64,000 nucleotides of DNA from assembly GCA_965656495.1 (NCBI GenBank), contig CBFHKU010000004.1:64001-128000 (forward strand). Reading direction: 5' to 3'. This stretch comes from Coraliomargaritaceae bacterium. GTDB taxonomy: Bacteria > Verrucomicrobiota > Verrucomicrobiia > Opitutales > Coraliomargaritaceae. The stretch's first letter is position 1; each line of letters begins with the position of its first letter. The translations under genes and the position numbers were made by a program. The notes under the pieces were generated by a model. It worked only from the letters and a program-made list of their open reading frames with translations. It searched no databases and was not told the origin of the DNA. Positions 21,105 through 32,465 of the stretch are shown in pieces.

Positions 21105-22571
21105 CTAAATTGCTGCTACCTGCCGGTGATAATCGTGTGCTTGTTCAAAGGCGTGCGCCACCGCAAAGAGATCCGCCTCGCCAAATGCTTTTCCGATGAC
21201 CTGCAACCCAATCGGCAGGCCCGCACTCGTCAGGCCGCTGGGAAGCGACAGCGCCGGCAAGCCCGCAAGATTCACCGCAATGGTGTAGATATCACTCAGA
21301 TACATCGCGAGGGGATCGTCGCTGCGCTCCCCGCGCTTAAAGGCGGGGGTCGGTGAGGTCGGTGAGAGGATTGCGTCCACCTGTTCAAAAGCGGTTTCAA
21401 AATCGCGGCGAATCAAGGTGCGCACTTTTTGCGCGCGCAGGTAATAGGCATCGTAGTAACCCGAACTGAGGACATAGGTTCCGAGAATGATGCGGCGCTT
21501 GACCTCATCGCCAAAGCCCTCGCCCCGACTCTTCGTGAAAAGACTGAGGGCATCATTTGCCTCCGCGCTGCGGTGACCATAGCGCACCCCGTCAAAGCGG
21601 GCGAGATTCGAGGAAGCCTCCGCCGTTGCGATGATATAATAAACCGGCACGGAGAGGTGGGCATGCGGAAGGGAAATATCCACGATTTCCGATCCCTGTT
21701 GGCGATACCAATCGATTGCGGCCTCGATATTGGCCTTCACCTCCGGGTCGATCCCCTCCGCAAGAAATTCGCGCGGCACGCCGAGTTTCCACGGCCCCTT
21801 GCGGGTTTTGAGCTCGGCGCGGAAATCCGGGACTTCCGGCATCGCAATGGAAGTTGAATCAAGGGGATCCTTGCCCAGCATTGCCTGAAACAGGATGGCG
21901 GCATCCTCCACGGTGCGCGACATCGGCCCCGCCTGATCCAGCGAGGAGGCAAATGCTACCAGCCCGCAACGGGAGACGAGCCCGTAAGTGGGTTTCATTC
22001 CGACGACCCCGCACAGCGCTGCCGGTTGGCGGATCGAGCCCCCGGTGTCGGTGCCGATCGTCGCGATGGCCTCCCCTGCCGCGAGGGCGGCGGCACTACC
22101 TCCGGAAGAACCACCGGGAATGCGTTCGAGATCCCAGGGGTTGGCGGTGGTGGCGTAAGCGGAATTTTCGGTGGAAGAACCCATTGCGAATTCGTCCATG
22201 TTGAGACGACCCCAGAGCACCGCGCCGGCTGCCTTGAGCTTCGCAATCACGGTCGCATCGTAAGGGGAAACAAAATTATCGAGGATTTTAGAGGCACAGC
22301 GCAGGGGTTGCCCTTCAACCGCGAGAATGTCCTTAATGCCAAGCGGGATGCCGTCCAGCGGACCCAGCGCTTTTCCGGCGGCACGGCGTTCGTCCGAGGC
22401 GCGCGCCTGCGCGAGGGCGTCCTCCGCATCATAATGAATAAAGGCCTGCACTTTGGCTTCGACCGCCTCGGTGCGGGCGATGACCGCTTCGGTCAGCACG
22501 ACGGAACTGAGGGAACCCGCCTCCAAGGCAGCGGATAGCTCAGCAATGGTTTGATGGTATAACTCGGGCAT
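21105..22571 (-). CDS. gatA: Asp/Glu-tRNA amidotransferase subunit A
   Basis: Amidase signature GGSSGGSAA, GTDTGGSIRQPA; start taken at MPELYHQ. Confidence 0.97.
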   Translation of the reverse strand: MPELYHQTIAELSAALEAGSLSSVVLTEAVIARTEAVEAKVQAFIHYDAEDALAQARASDERRAAGKALGPLDGIPLGIKDILAVEGQPLRCASKILDNFVSPYDATVIAKLKAAGAVLWGRLNMDEFAMGSSTENSAYATTANPWDLERIPGGSSGGSAAALAAGEAIATIGTDTGGSIRQPAALCGVVGMKPTYGLVSRCGLVAFASSLDQAGPMSRTVEDAAILFQAMLGKDPLDSTSIAMPEVPDFRAELKTRKGPWKLGVPREFLAEGIDPEVKANIEAAIDWYRQQGSEIVDISLPHAHLSVPVYYIIATAEASSNLARFDGVRYGHRSAEANDALSLFTKSRGEGFGDEVKRRIILGTYVLSSGYYDAYYLRAQKVRTLIRRDFETAFEQVDAILSPTSPTPAFKRGERSDDPLAMYLSDIYTIAVNLAGLPALSLPSGLTSAGLPIGLQVIGKAFGEADLFAVAHAFEQAHDYHRQVAAI

Positions 22572-22591
22572 CGCAGCTTTTTCCAATGTAG

Positions 22592-22885
22592 TTATTCCAC
22601 AACCTTTGGCACAACGACCTGCTGGTCGCGCGACTCGGGCGCCATCGCGGTGAGCGTCTCCGGCGCGTAAACCGGCCCGGCGTTGTCGCCTTCGCGCCAA
22701 ATATTTTCCACGGGATGCGCATGGGCGGTCGGTTCGACCCCGGACACGTCGACCCCCTTGAGGGCTTCAAAATGTTCAAGGATGGCGTCCAGTTGCCCGC
22801 CCAGTTTTTTCTTTTCGGCATCGTTGAGTTCGATGCGGGCAAGACGGGCGACGTAATCAATATCGAGATGGGCGTGATCGGTCAT
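22592..22885 (-). CDS. gatC: Asp/Glu-tRNA amidotransferase subunit C
   Basis: YVARLARIEL...GVEPTAH...VPKVVE; directly upstream of gatA. Confidence 0.93.
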   Translation of the reverse strand: MTDHAHLDIDYVARLARIELNDAEKKKLGGQLDAILEHFEALKGVDVSGVEPTAHAHPVENIWREGDNAGPVYAPETLTAMAPESRDQQVVVPKVVE

Positions 22886-22898
22886 GAGAATTAAAATG

Positions 22899-24131
22899 CT
22901 ATTCGGAAGGCCCCCAACGCTTGGTAAAGGGATAATAGATAAAGATGGCGCGTCCAATAACCGATTTCTGCGGGACGTAGCCCCAGTAGCGACTGTCCGC
23001 CGAGTTGGCGGAATTATCGCCCAAGGCCACAAACTCATTTTCGGGCACTTTCATAGTGGCACCCACTCCCAACAGGCCAACATTCTTATAGCCGACGTAT
23101 TCACCCTCCTGCGCGGCGTTGCGCTCAAAAGCCGCGACCTCATCGCGGGGCTGTCCGTCCACCAAGAGGGCGTGATCTTTTATCTCCAGAGTCTCGCCCT
23201 CTTTTCCGGCGAGCCGTTTGATGTAATATTTCGGCGTGTAGTCGTTGGTCGCCCTACCCACCGCGTCCAATATTTGATCCGTGCGAAACACAAAGGGATC
23301 GCCCACTTTCGGTTTGCGGAAATGATACGTAAGGCGGTCCACAAATAGCGCATCTCCCAAACGGATATCAAAGGAGAGAATCGATTCGCCCGCCTTAATT
23401 TGGCGTCCGGTAGCCCAGCGCTCGAGTCGGGGATCGATGCTGGCGATGCGCCGAGGGTTTTCCCCCGCACTTAGGCTATCGATCACCTGATCCATCTGAA
23501 ATTCCGCAGGCACGCGCAAACGATGCGGGGTATCGCCTACAAAAAGTGTGTATTCCTTGAATTGGGCGGGCAAAAGACCGAACCATTTGCGGCCCTTAAC
23601 CACTTGATAGAAAGCAATGCTGTCATTGCTTTGCGTGCGGGCCTTTTGGATCGATAGCTCGCCGGAAGCAGTCGCCACCAAATTATGATGGCGGGCGCCC
23701 TGCGTCAGGAAATTGAAAACTTTTTGCGGGGCAGAAGGTGCTTCCCCTGTACTGTAAATTCGCTCTTTCATTCCACTGTAGGTCGGATACATGGAATTGG
23801 TGGGAATGATGAACGGTTGAAAAAAGAAGGAACGGATCCCGATCACCACAATTGCCGCGACCAGGATGACTTCGATATTGTCACTGAGAAAGGTCTTCGG
23901 GTAAATCTTGCCACCGATTTTCTTCAAATGCGCGTGGAGCGGTTCCATCGCGGCGTGGCAAGCTTCATCCCCCGCGGCTTTATCGGCAAGGACCGCCTTC
24001 AAATCTTCCATGAGCGCATCCAACCGGGCGAGATCCTCTGAGGAGGTAAGATCGCGCCGGTAATGGTAAATCTTACCTGCAGCGTGCAAGAGCTCCCGAG
24101 CTTGTTTGTGAAGCTTTTTCATATCTTTCAT
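22899..24131 (-). CDS. lepB: Signal peptidase I
   Basis: PFIIPTNSMYPT (Ser), YYIKRL (Lys), GDNSANSADSRYWG; follows lepA; start approximate. Confidence 0.92.
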   Translation of the reverse strand: MKDMKKLHKQARELLHAAGKIYHYRRDLTSSEDLARLDALMEDLKAVLADKAAGDEACHAAMEPLHAHLKKIGGKIYPKTFLSDNIEVILVAAIVVIGIRSFFFQPFIIPTNSMYPTYSGMKERIYSTGEAPSAPQKVFNFLTQGARHHNLVATASGELSIQKARTQSNDSIAFYQVVKGRKWFGLLPAQFKEYTLFVGDTPHRLRVPAEFQMDQVIDSLSAGENPRRIASIDPRLERWATGRQIKAGESILSFDIRLGDALFVDRLTYHFRKPKVGDPFVFRTDQILDAVGRATNDYTPKYYIKRLAGKEGETLEIKDHALLVDGQPRDEVAAFERNAAQEGEYVGYKNVGLLGVGATMKVPENEFVALGDNSANSADSRYWGYVPQKSVIGRAIFIYYPFTKRWGPSE

Positions 24132-24165
24132 TACATCAAGGGTGCAGATGCCGGCTTTGCAAACC

Positions 24166-25974
24166 CTAACCGCCGTCCGAGGTTTTAAGAATCTTAATAA
24201 AGGCATCCTGCGGAATCGAAACACTGCCGATATTCTTCATCCGTTTCTTACCCTCCTTTTGTTTTTCAAGGAGTTTGCGTTTGCGGGAAATATCGCCGCC
24301 ATAACACTTTGCGGTCACGTCCTTCCGGTAAGCACTGATGGTTTCACGCGCCACGACCTTGCCCCCAATCGCCGCCTGCACCGCGATCTTAAACATTTGC
24401 CGAGGAAGGATTTCCTTGAGGCGTTTACAAAGAGCACGCCCCCGACCCTCCGCTTTCTCGATGTGCACAATCGAAGAAAACGCGTCGACCTGTTCCTGAT
24501 TCACCAAAATGTCCAGACGGCACAGCTTCGCGCGTTCATATCCGTCCATCTCGTAATCCATCGAGCCGTAGCCGTGGGTGATGCTCTTGAGACGATCGTT
24601 GAAGTCCACGAGGATTTCATTCAGCGGGACACGACACACCAGCATGACGCGGGAATTGTCAATGGTCTCGGTGTGTTCACAGATGCCGCGCTTTTCGCTC
24701 ATCAAAGCCAGCACATCGCCAATCGAATCGCTCGGGATGTGGACCGAGGCCTTGATCATGGGTTCTTCAATAAAGTCGATCTCCGCCGGTTCCGGCAAAT
24801 GCACGGGATTGTGCACCTCGATCATGGTTCCATCCGTTTGGGTGACATGATACACAACACTGGGATAGGTTGAAATAACATCGAGGTCGTATTCCCGCCG
24901 GATGCGTTCCTGAATAATCTCCATGTGCAGGAGGCCGAGGAATCCACAGCGGAAGCCAAAACCCAGCGCTACCGAATTTTCCGACTGATACACAAAGGCG
25001 GCATCATTCAAGCGCAGCTTACCCATCGAGGCCTTGAGTTTGTTGTAATCATTCGTGTCGATCGGGTAAATTCCACTGAAGACCATCGGGCTCACCGCCT
25101 TGTAACCCGGCAACATCTCCTGCGCGAGGGCGTTGCTGTGGGTGATCGTGTCACCGAGCTTGATTTCCGCCACGTCACGGATGTTCGTAACGATATAGCC
25201 CACGTCTCCCGCTTGCAGGCTTTCCTGTTTCGTCATTGCCGGTGAAAATTTCCCCACCTCCTTGACCTGCGCCTTTCGGCCATCGCTCATCGTCACAATC
25301 GCATCGCTCGCTTTAACCTGCCCCGAGAAGACCCGCACATAACAAATCACGCCCTTAAAGGCATCATAGACGCAGTCAAAGATGAGCACCCGCAAACCCT
25401 CGACCTCCGCCCAGCGCGGCTTTGGCACCCGCGCCACCGCTGCCGCCATGAGATCCTCGACCCCGAGCCCGGACTTGCCGCTCGTCAGAATCGCCTCATC
25501 TGCCGGGATCGCCAGCACGTCCTCCAGTTGCGCCTGAATCGCCGGCACATCCGCACTCGGTAAATCCACCTTGTTGATGACCGGAATAATCTCCAAGCCC
25601 TGTTCCAGCGCCAAATGCGCATTGGCCACCGTCTGCGCCTCAATCCCCTGCGCGGCATCAATCAAAAGCATCGCGCCCTCACAGGCCGCCAAACTGCGCG
25701 AGACCTCATACGAGAAATCCACGTGCCCGGGGGTGTCGATCAAGTTGAAAGTATAATCCTGCCCATCCGCAGCCTTGTATACCATCGAAACCGGATGGCT
25801 CTTAATCGTGATCCCCCGTTCCCGCTCCAAATCCATTGAATCCAGCAACTGGTCCTTCATCTCCCGCAGTTCCACCGTCCGCGTCAATTCCAGGATGCGG
25901 TCCGACAAAGTGGTCTTACCGTGATCCACGTGGGCGATGATGCAAAAATTGCGGGTGTGTTCTAAATCGGGCAT
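24166..25974 (-). CDS. lepA: Elongation factor 4
   Basis: [41 protein letters not shown]. Confidence 0.98.
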   Translation of the reverse strand: MPDLEHTRNFCIIAHVDHGKTTLSDRILELTRTVELREMKDQLLDSMDLERERGITIKSHPVSMVYKAADGQDYTFNLIDTPGHVDFSYEVSRSLAACEGAMLLIDAAQGIEAQTVANAHLALEQGLEIIPVINKVDLPSADVPAIQAQLEDVLAIPADEAILTSGKSGLGVEDLMAAAVARVPKPRWAEVEGLRVLIFDCVYDAFKGVICYVRVFSGQVKASDAIVTMSDGRKAQVKEVGKFSPAMTKQESLQAGDVGYIVTNIRDVAEIKLGDTITHSNALAQEMLPGYKAVSPMVFSGIYPIDTNDYNKLKASMGKLRLNDAAFVYQSENSVALGFGFRCGFLGLLHMEIIQERIRREYDLDVISTYPSVVYHVTQTDGTMIEVHNPVHLPEPAEIDFIEEPMIKASVHIPSDSIGDVLALMSEKRGICEHTETIDNSRVMLVCRVPLNEILVDFNDRLKSITHGYGSMDYEMDGYERAKLCRLDILVNQEQVDAFSSIVHIEKAEGRGRALCKRLKEILPRQMFKIAVQAAIGGKVVARETISAYRKDVTAKCYGGDISRKRKLLEKQKEGKKRMKNIGSVSIPQDAFIKILKTSDGG

Positions 25975-26147
25975 GGCGCAGTCAAACCCTCTACCTTCGT
26001 TCTGGTAGCGGAAAACTCAATCTCTTTGTTCCTCAATATTTCTGGCTTGCTGAAATCGACAAAAAGTAATGCCCTGCAAATAATATGAACAAAATACATT
26101 TTACAGTGTATATTCGTATTTAAGCTATCCTTACACTAACAATTCGC

Positions 26148-26813
26148 ATGATCCGATTCCTACTCTTCCTCAACGCCCTGGTTTTCATTCAACTTCAGGC
26201 AGACAAAATTACGGAATTTACTTTCGATGGCCATCTCTATCAGGTGTATGACGATTTAGAAAGCTGGAACGACGCTCGAGTCGACGCGGCAAGCAAAATA
26301 TATAGCGGAGTATCCGGCTATCTAGCAGAAATCAACAGTGCTGCGGAAAACACTGCAATTTTCAATGCCCTTCAAGCCAACGACAGCAGCTTTACTCAAA
26401 CGGCTGGTGACGGCGGTGGCGCGCGCTACGTTTGGATCGGTGCCAACGATAGCCTGAACGAAGGCACCTGGGTCTGGGACAATAGCGGCACTAATTTTTG
26501 GACCGGAGACGGGCAAACCGGTTCCGCACAGGGTGGTAACTACGAGAACTGGGGCAGCAGGGATAACTGGTATGAGCCCGACGATTATCTAGGCAATCAG
26601 GACGCCGGCGCCATTGCATTGGATGATTGGCCTGTAGGTACAGCCGGAGAATGGAACGATATAGATGGCAATAATACGATGCCCTACATCGTCGAATTTG
26701 ACACCGTGCCCGAATACTCCCAGTTGGGTTTGGTACTAGGGCTGGGTAGCCTTGGCACCCTTCTCTTGCGCAGGCACCGCTCCCGCTCCAAATCCATCGA
26801 ATCCAGCAACTAG
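26148..26813 (+). CDS. C-type lectin domain protein with PEP-CTERM-like sorting signal
   Basis: Signal peptide; [30 protein letters not shown]; tail VPEYS-TM-RRHR. Confidence 0.88.
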   Translation: MIRFLLFLNALVFIQLQADKITEFTFDGHLYQVYDDLESWNDARVDAASKIYSGVSGYLAEINSAAENTAIFNALQANDSSFTQTAGDGGGARYVWIGANDSLNEGTWVWDNSGTNFWTGDGQTGSAQGGNYENWGSRDNWYEPDDYLGNQDAGAIALDDWPVGTAGEWNDIDGNNTMPYIVEFDTVPEYSQLGLVLGLGSLGTLLLRRHRSRSKSIESSN

Positions 26814-26973
26814 TCCTGCATCTCCCGCAGTACCACCGTCCGCGTCAATTCCAGGATGCGGTCCGACAAAGTGGTCTTACCGTGATCCACGTGGGCGATG
26901 ATGCAAAAATTGCGGGTGTGTTCTAAATCGGGCATGGCGCAGTCAAACCCTCTACCTTCGTTCAGGTAGCGGA
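26777..26973 (-). pseudogene. Duplicated 5' fragment of lepA plus upstream region (copy of 25816-26012)
   Basis: About 197 bp, offset 961, 6 mismatches counted; reads MPDLEHT...REMQD* (26935 to 26810). Confidence 0.93.
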
Positions 26974-27077
26974 TAGCTTGAGCCCTGACGCTGGTAAATC
27001 AATCAACGCATCCTGATTCTCCTTTGAATTTGCGCTTTCCATGAATTTTAAAAGGTGTTATTCAATTTTATAAATTA

Positions 27078-27779
27078 ATGAAATTTTTGACTTATTTAAT
27101 AAAGATAAGCCGATGGTTCAGGATCATGGTATTTATCGTCCTCGCGTGGAACATGGGCGTTTCTGAACTGCACGCTCGCGAATGGGTAAACCATGAGGGC
27201 CAAAAATTAATCGCGGATCTCCTCGAAGTCGTTGATGCCAAAACGATCAAACTTCGCTCTGCAGTAAACGGACGCATCTATAACTATCCCATCGAAAAGC
27301 TTTGCGCTGATGATCAAAAGTTTGTGCGGGATTACATCCAGGCGAAATCACAAAAAGCGGCTACTTTACTAACTGAGAAATCCGGCCCGAAACCAAGCAA
27401 GCGCCGAGCGAAATGGACAGAGGATTATAAGGAAGCTCAAAATGAAGCAAAGGAGCACGATCTCCCCATTCTATTACTTTTCACCGGCTCGGATTGGTGT
27501 GGGTATTGTATAAGGCTGGAGGATGCAGTCTTCAGCGAGCGGGACTTCGAGAAATTTGCGGACCAGAATATTGTCTTGATGAAAGCTGATTTTCCCCGAG
27601 CTAAGCAAAAGTCCGCAATCAAAAAACAGAATGCTGAACTCAAAAAAGAATTCAAAGCATCAGGCTATCCCAGCGTTTTCATCCTCAGCCCTAGAGGAAA
27701 AACACTCGGGCGTATTCACGGCTATGGGGGATGGTCGGTAGATGAGTATATCGATAAAATCGAAAAAATTATTCGCTAA
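27078..27779 (+). CDS. Exported thioredoxin-family protein with N-terminal SHD1-like domain
   Basis: REWVNHEGQKLIA...LCADDQKFV followed by FTGSDWCGYC; start may be 27126. Confidence 0.82.
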   Translation: MKFLTYLIKISRWFRIMVFIVLAWNMGVSELHAREWVNHEGQKLIADLLEVVDAKTIKLRSAVNGRIYNYPIEKLCADDQKFVRDYIQAKSQKAATLLTEKSGPKPSKRRAKWTEDYKEAQNEAKEHDLPILLLFTGSDWCGYCIRLEDAVFSERDFEKFADQNIVLMKADFPRAKQKSAIKKQNAELKKEFKASGYPSVFILSPRGKTLGRIHGYGGWSVDEYIDKIEKIIR

Positions 27780-27844
27780 ATTAAAAGACGGCATTTCCGC
27801 AAATCTTAACCTTCAATACTTCAGCACCCCATAATCCTCCGCCC

Positions 27845-28585
27845 ATGAAAAACAAACCACTCCGCATCGCCTTTCTTTCGACTTTCATCAGCCTATTGCC
27901 GCTCCAAATAGCCAGTGCTCAAGCTGCCAACGAAACGCCCCACATCGAAGTAAGCGGTCAGGGGCTCATGGAGGCGGAACCGGAACTCCTGCGCTGGGAT
28001 ATTGAGGTCGAGAACCGGGGCCCCGATATTGCGCAGTTGGCGGAGGTGCACGCCAACGAGGTTGCCCGAATTTTAAAAGCCATTGAAAAACTGGGAGTCC
28101 CCAAAGACCGCATTCAGACCAGCCGGCCAAAACTAAGCGAGCACTATACCCGCAAGAACAACAGCAACGTAAAGGATGGCTACGAGGCCTCGACCCGTAT
28201 CGCCTTTGAACTAACCAACATCAATCAATACGATGCGGTTTGGCGCGACTTGTCCAAATTCGAAAGCCTCCGGATTCGCAATTCCACTTGGGGTCTCGAC
28301 CACGAGACCCTCGCACAGATTCAGGCAAAAGCCCGCCTCAAGGCGATCGAGGACGCCCGCCTCAAAGCGATCGAAATGGCGGGAGCCCTTGGAATGGAAG
28401 TCGGATCACCCCTGCGTATCAGCGAAAGCCGCGGAGCCCGCCCCTACCCGATGGCAGATGCCATGGTACTATCAGCAGCCCCGCGCAATGGCGGCTCGGG
28501 CCCTGCTCACGCTGCCGGAATGCTGGCGGTGCGCGCCGAGGTCACGATCGTCTTTGCCATTCACGCGGCAGAGCTTGAGCACTGA
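27845..28585 (+). CDS. SIMPL (DUF541) domain protein
   Basis: Signal peptide; IEVSGQG...EP, AIEDARLKAIEMAGALG. Confidence 0.85.
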   Translation: MKNKPLRIAFLSTFISLLPLQIASAQAANETPHIEVSGQGLMEAEPELLRWDIEVENRGPDIAQLAEVHANEVARILKAIEKLGVPKDRIQTSRPKLSEHYTRKNNSNVKDGYEASTRIAFELTNINQYDAVWRDLSKFESLRIRNSTWGLDHETLAQIQAKARLKAIEDARLKAIEMAGALGMEVGSPLRISESRGARPYPMADAMVLSAAPRNGGSGPAHAAGMLAVRAEVTIVFAIHAAELEH

Positions 28586-28850
28586 TACCCTCCCGCTTTT
28601 TTCGGGATTTTGCCTTCCCCCGCGTCATTGCGGCAAAGCCACAATGCATTTGCCCGGCCTCCCCTTCCGGTCCCGCCAATGCCCGAACAATGAACCGCGC
28701 CTGCTCGCATTCCCATTGAACGAGCTTCCCCGCCTTGGGTTTAGCCTGAATATCGGTCCGCTATCTTTTAAAATAACGTGAAAATAATTTAAAAAATAAT
28801 AATTTTTCACTTGCTAATTTATTTAGTAGGCCATAAAAGCTAATTTAGCA

Positions 28851-29597
28851 ATGAACGTATATCTAGCTGAGGCAACGGGAACTGCCATTCTTATTCTACT
28901 GGGTAATGGGGTGGTCGCCAATGTGGTGCTCAATCAATCCAAGGGACAAAAGAGCGGATGGATCGTCATAACAGCCGGCTGGGGCATGGCGGTCGCGCTG
29001 GCGGTTTATACCGTGGGTCGAATTTCCGGCGCGCACATTAATCCAGCGGAGACGGTGGCACTCGCTTCAATTGACGCCTTTGAATGGGCCAAAGTACCGG
29101 GTTATATCGCGGCGCAGATGCTCGGAGCTTTTGTTGGCTCGGTGCTGGTCTATCTTGCTTACTTTGCCCACTGGGCGGTTACCGAAGATGAAAAAAGCAA
29201 ACTGGCGTGTCATTGCACCGCCCCTGCCATCCGTAAAAACGGCCCCGCTTTTATGACAGAGGTCATTGGGACCGCGATGCTGATTTTCGGTGTCCTTGCA
29301 CTCGGGAAGGTCGCCCTTGGCGCGCAAGACGGGCAAGAAGCCTGGACCCTCGCAGTGGGCACCTGGTTTGGCCCCCTCTTGGTGGGCCTCCTCGTCTTTG
29401 CGATTGGTCTCTCCCTCGGCGGTCCCACCGGATATGCCATCAATCCCGCCCGCGACCTCGGCCCCCGCCTCGCGCATTTCCTCCTGCCCATTCCCGGAAA
29501 AGGCGACTCTGATTGGTCCTATGCCTGGATTCCTGTCGTAGCTCCCCTTCTGGGTGGCATTCTGGGCGCTAACCTATTTATCATACTCCAACTTTAA
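28851..29597 (+). CDS. glpF: Glycerol uptake facilitator (aquaglyceroporin)
   Basis: SGAHINPA and GYAINPARDLGPR; upstream of glpK. Confidence 0.94.
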   Translation: MNVYLAEATGTAILILLGNGVVANVVLNQSKGQKSGWIVITAGWGMAVALAVYTVGRISGAHINPAETVALASIDAFEWAKVPGYIAAQMLGAFVGSVLVYLAYFAHWAVTEDEKSKLACHCTAPAIRKNGPAFMTEVIGTAMLIFGVLALGKVALGAQDGQEAWTLAVGTWFGPLLVGLLVFAIGLSLGGPTGYAINPARDLGPRLAHFLLPIPGKGDSDWSYAWIPVVAPLLGGILGANLFIILQL

Positions 29598-29629
29598 CCC
29601 AACCCCCCAGCCCACTTGCAAACTGAAAC

Positions 29630-31138
29630 ATGACTACTGAGCAAAAATATATCCTCGCAATCGATCAGGGTACCACCAGTTCACGCACCATTATCTTTAA
29701 CCATGACGCTGAAATCGTCGCAGTGGCCCAGCAGGAATTTCAACAACTCTACCCAAATCCCGGCTGGGTGGAGCACAACCCGGAGGAAATCTGGAGCAGC
29801 CAAAAAGCCACTATTGAGGAAGCGATGCAAAAAGCGAACCTCGATAAAAGCAGGGTCGCCGCAATTGGCATCACCAACCAACGCGAAACGACTGTCATCT
29901 GGGATCGCGACACCGGCAAACCGATCCACAACGCTATTGTCTGGCAGGACCGCCGCACCGCCGACTTCTGCAGCCAACTCAAACAAGATCAGCACGAGGA
30001 TAGGATCCGCGAAAAAACCGGCCTCTGTCTCGACCCCTATTTTTCCGGCACAAAACTCCGCTGGATTCTTGAAAACGTGGAAGGTGCGCGGCAACGAGCC
30101 AAGGATGGCAAACTTTGTTTTGGCACAATTGATAGCTGGCTCCTCTGGCAACTCACCGATGGCCGGGTTCATGCCACCGACCTCAGCAACGCCAGCCGAA
30201 CCCTCCTTTGTAATATCAAAACCGGCGATTGGGATCCGGATTTGCTGCAACTCCTCGATATACCCGAGGCCATTCTGCCTGAAATTCGCTCCTGCTCAGA
30301 AGTCTACGGCTGTGTAGACACGATCCCCGAACTGAGCGGAATTCCGGTTGCCGCGATGGCGGGCGACCAACAAGCCGCTCTCTTCGGGCAGGCCTGCTTC
30401 GAGCCCGGTATGGTTAAAAATACCTACGGTACCGGTTGTTTCATGCTCATGAATACCGGCGAAAAACCCATCCCTTCAGAAAACAATCTCCTTACTACCG
30501 TAGCCTGGCGTATTGGCAACCATACGGAGTACGCCTTAGAGGGATCCATCTTTATTGGTGGCGCGGTGGTGCAATGGCTGCGCGACGAACTCAAGCTGGT
30601 GCAGGATGCCAAAGAACTCAACAAACTCGCCGCCTCGGTCGATGACGCCGGAGGCACTTATATTGTCCCCGCCTTCACCGGACTCGGAGCACCGCATTGG
30701 GATCCCTACGCCCGAGGCACCATCATCGGCCTGACCCGTGGTACCAACCGTGCCCAGATCTGCCGCGCCGCCCTTGATTCAATCGCCTACCAAAGCGCGG
30801 ATCTCATTCAAATAATGGAAAAAGACAGCGGGCTTAAACTGCGTGAACTCCGCGTCGATGGCGGCGCCGCCCGCAGCAACCTCCTCCTGCAATTCCAAGC
30901 GGACCTCCTACAGACCCCGGTCATTCGTCCCCAATGTATCGAGACTACCGCCCTCGGAGCTGCCTACCTCGCCGGTCTTGCAGTCGACTTTTGGAATGAC
31001 CGCCAAAGTATCACCCAAAACTGGACCTCTGACCTAAGCTTCAAGCCCATGCGCTCAACCCAACAAATGTCAGGGTGGCACGCAGGCTGGAAGAAGGCCG
31101 TCAATCGGTCCCTCCACTGGGCTAAACCGGATGAATAA
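29630..31138 (+). CDS. glpK: Glycerol kinase
   Basis: [42 protein letters not shown]. Confidence 0.97.
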   Translation: MTTEQKYILAIDQGTTSSRTIIFNHDAEIVAVAQQEFQQLYPNPGWVEHNPEEIWSSQKATIEEAMQKANLDKSRVAAIGITNQRETTVIWDRDTGKPIHNAIVWQDRRTADFCSQLKQDQHEDRIREKTGLCLDPYFSGTKLRWILENVEGARQRAKDGKLCFGTIDSWLLWQLTDGRVHATDLSNASRTLLCNIKTGDWDPDLLQLLDIPEAILPEIRSCSEVYGCVDTIPELSGIPVAAMAGDQQAALFGQACFEPGMVKNTYGTGCFMLMNTGEKPIPSENNLLTTVAWRIGNHTEYALEGSIFIGGAVVQWLRDELKLVQDAKELNKLAASVDDAGGTYIVPAFTGLGAPHWDPYARGTIIGLTRGTNRAQICRAALDSIAYQSADLIQIMEKDSGLKLRELRVDGGAARSNLLLQFQADLLQTPVIRPQCIETTALGAAYLAGLAVDFWNDRQSITQNWTSDLSFKPMRSTQQMSGWHAGWKKAVNRSLHWAKPDE

Positions 31139-31193
31139 TCCAGCACCATAACCACGCGGGCCACCCCAATGCCCGCCAAACCAAGAGAGCTCC

Positions 31194-32435
31194 ATGAAAA
31201 TCAACTATCATTTTATATGGACCCTTATCCTGACACCACTATCTGCTCTCTTGTTTGCCAACGATTACACCGAGACTCTTCTCGGCGATTTCAACGGTAC
31301 ACGCACCTCCCTCGCTGACAGCGGCTTAGAAATTAAAGCCAAACATATTCTTGATGTATATGATGATATCAGCGGGGCGCCCAAAACCGGGGCCTCGTAT
31401 TTCGGTCGCCTACAGGTCGATGCCAGCCTTGATCTCGACAAATACTTCGGATTCTCCGGAGCCACCCTCGCAATTGGGGGCATCCATCAATATGGGCACC
31501 ATTTTTACAACCGGCGCACCTTTGATGTCTTGACGAATCCGAGCACCATCGAGAGCCGGCAATTCACACGCTTAACGAACCTCAGCCTTAATCAAGAATT
31601 AATGGATGGGATGCTTTCCTATAAGATCGGTAAAATTGACGGGGTGGCAGAATTTGGCCTGCAGGAATACAGCACGGTGTTCATGAATTTGGAGTTGGAC
31701 TACGTGTCACGCATCATTCTACAGCCACCAACTGGAACCAATCTCCCCTTTCATCCCGGAGAAAAATGGGGTGCTGTAGTTGAATACCGAACCGGTATTG
31801 ATCCGAACAACACCAGCTATCTGAAAATCGGCCTCTTTGATACCAACAACTACAATGTCTATGAAGATGATTCCAACGGTCTAAACTTCGACTATAGCGG
31901 CCCCTTGGCCTATGCACTTGAAATGGGGATTCGGCAACCCGGCCCTGCCACCAGTTACGTCAAGATCGGAGCCCATTTCAACGAAGGCAGTTTTCCTGAT
32001 TTATCCTCGGTTAATACAAGCACCCGAGTAAACAATAACTATCTCGTTTATATCGGCGCGGGCAAAACCATTGCACAATTTGGTACAAATCCAGCGCGCC
32101 ACCTGAATGGATCGGTCATGTGGAGCTACGCACCCGCAAACCGCAACCTTTATCACCAACAGCTCACCGCACTCCTCCGCGCGGTCGGCCCTTTTGAAAA
32201 CCGCCCACTAGACGAGCTCGGCTTTGGTGCAGTGGTAAGCTTCCTCAGTGATCATTATGCGAGACGAAACCAACTTAGGATGAACGAGGAATATATTCTC
32301 GAACTCTCCTATAAAACAAAGCTGACACCCTACTTCACAATTCAACCGGGGCTTCAAGCCATTCATCACCCCAAAGGCGACAAGAACCGTGATACCATTT
32401 ACCTCGCCACCTTACGCACCGTAATTACATTTTAA
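31194..32435 (+). CDS. Carbohydrate-selective porin, OprB-like
   Basis: Signal peptide; LLGDFNGTRTSLADSG; IQPGLQAIHHP; terminal Phe. Confidence 0.8.
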   Translation: MKINYHFIWTLILTPLSALLFANDYTETLLGDFNGTRTSLADSGLEIKAKHILDVYDDISGAPKTGASYFGRLQVDASLDLDKYFGFSGATLAIGGIHQYGHHFYNRRTFDVLTNPSTIESRQFTRLTNLSLNQELMDGMLSYKIGKIDGVAEFGLQEYSTVFMNLELDYVSRIILQPPTGTNLPFHPGEKWGAVVEYRTGIDPNNTSYLKIGLFDTNNYNVYEDDSNGLNFDYSGPLAYALEMGIRQPGPATSYVKIGAHFNEGSFPDLSSVNTSTRVNNNYLVYIGAGKTIAQFGTNPARHLNGSVMWSYAPANRNLYHQQLTALLRAVGPFENRPLDELGFGAVVSFLSDHYARRNQLRMNEEYILELSYKTKLTPYFTIQPGLQAIHHPKGDKNRDTIYLATLRTVITF

Positions 32436-32465
32436 TTTTAACCATCAAAATAAAAGTAGAATAAA

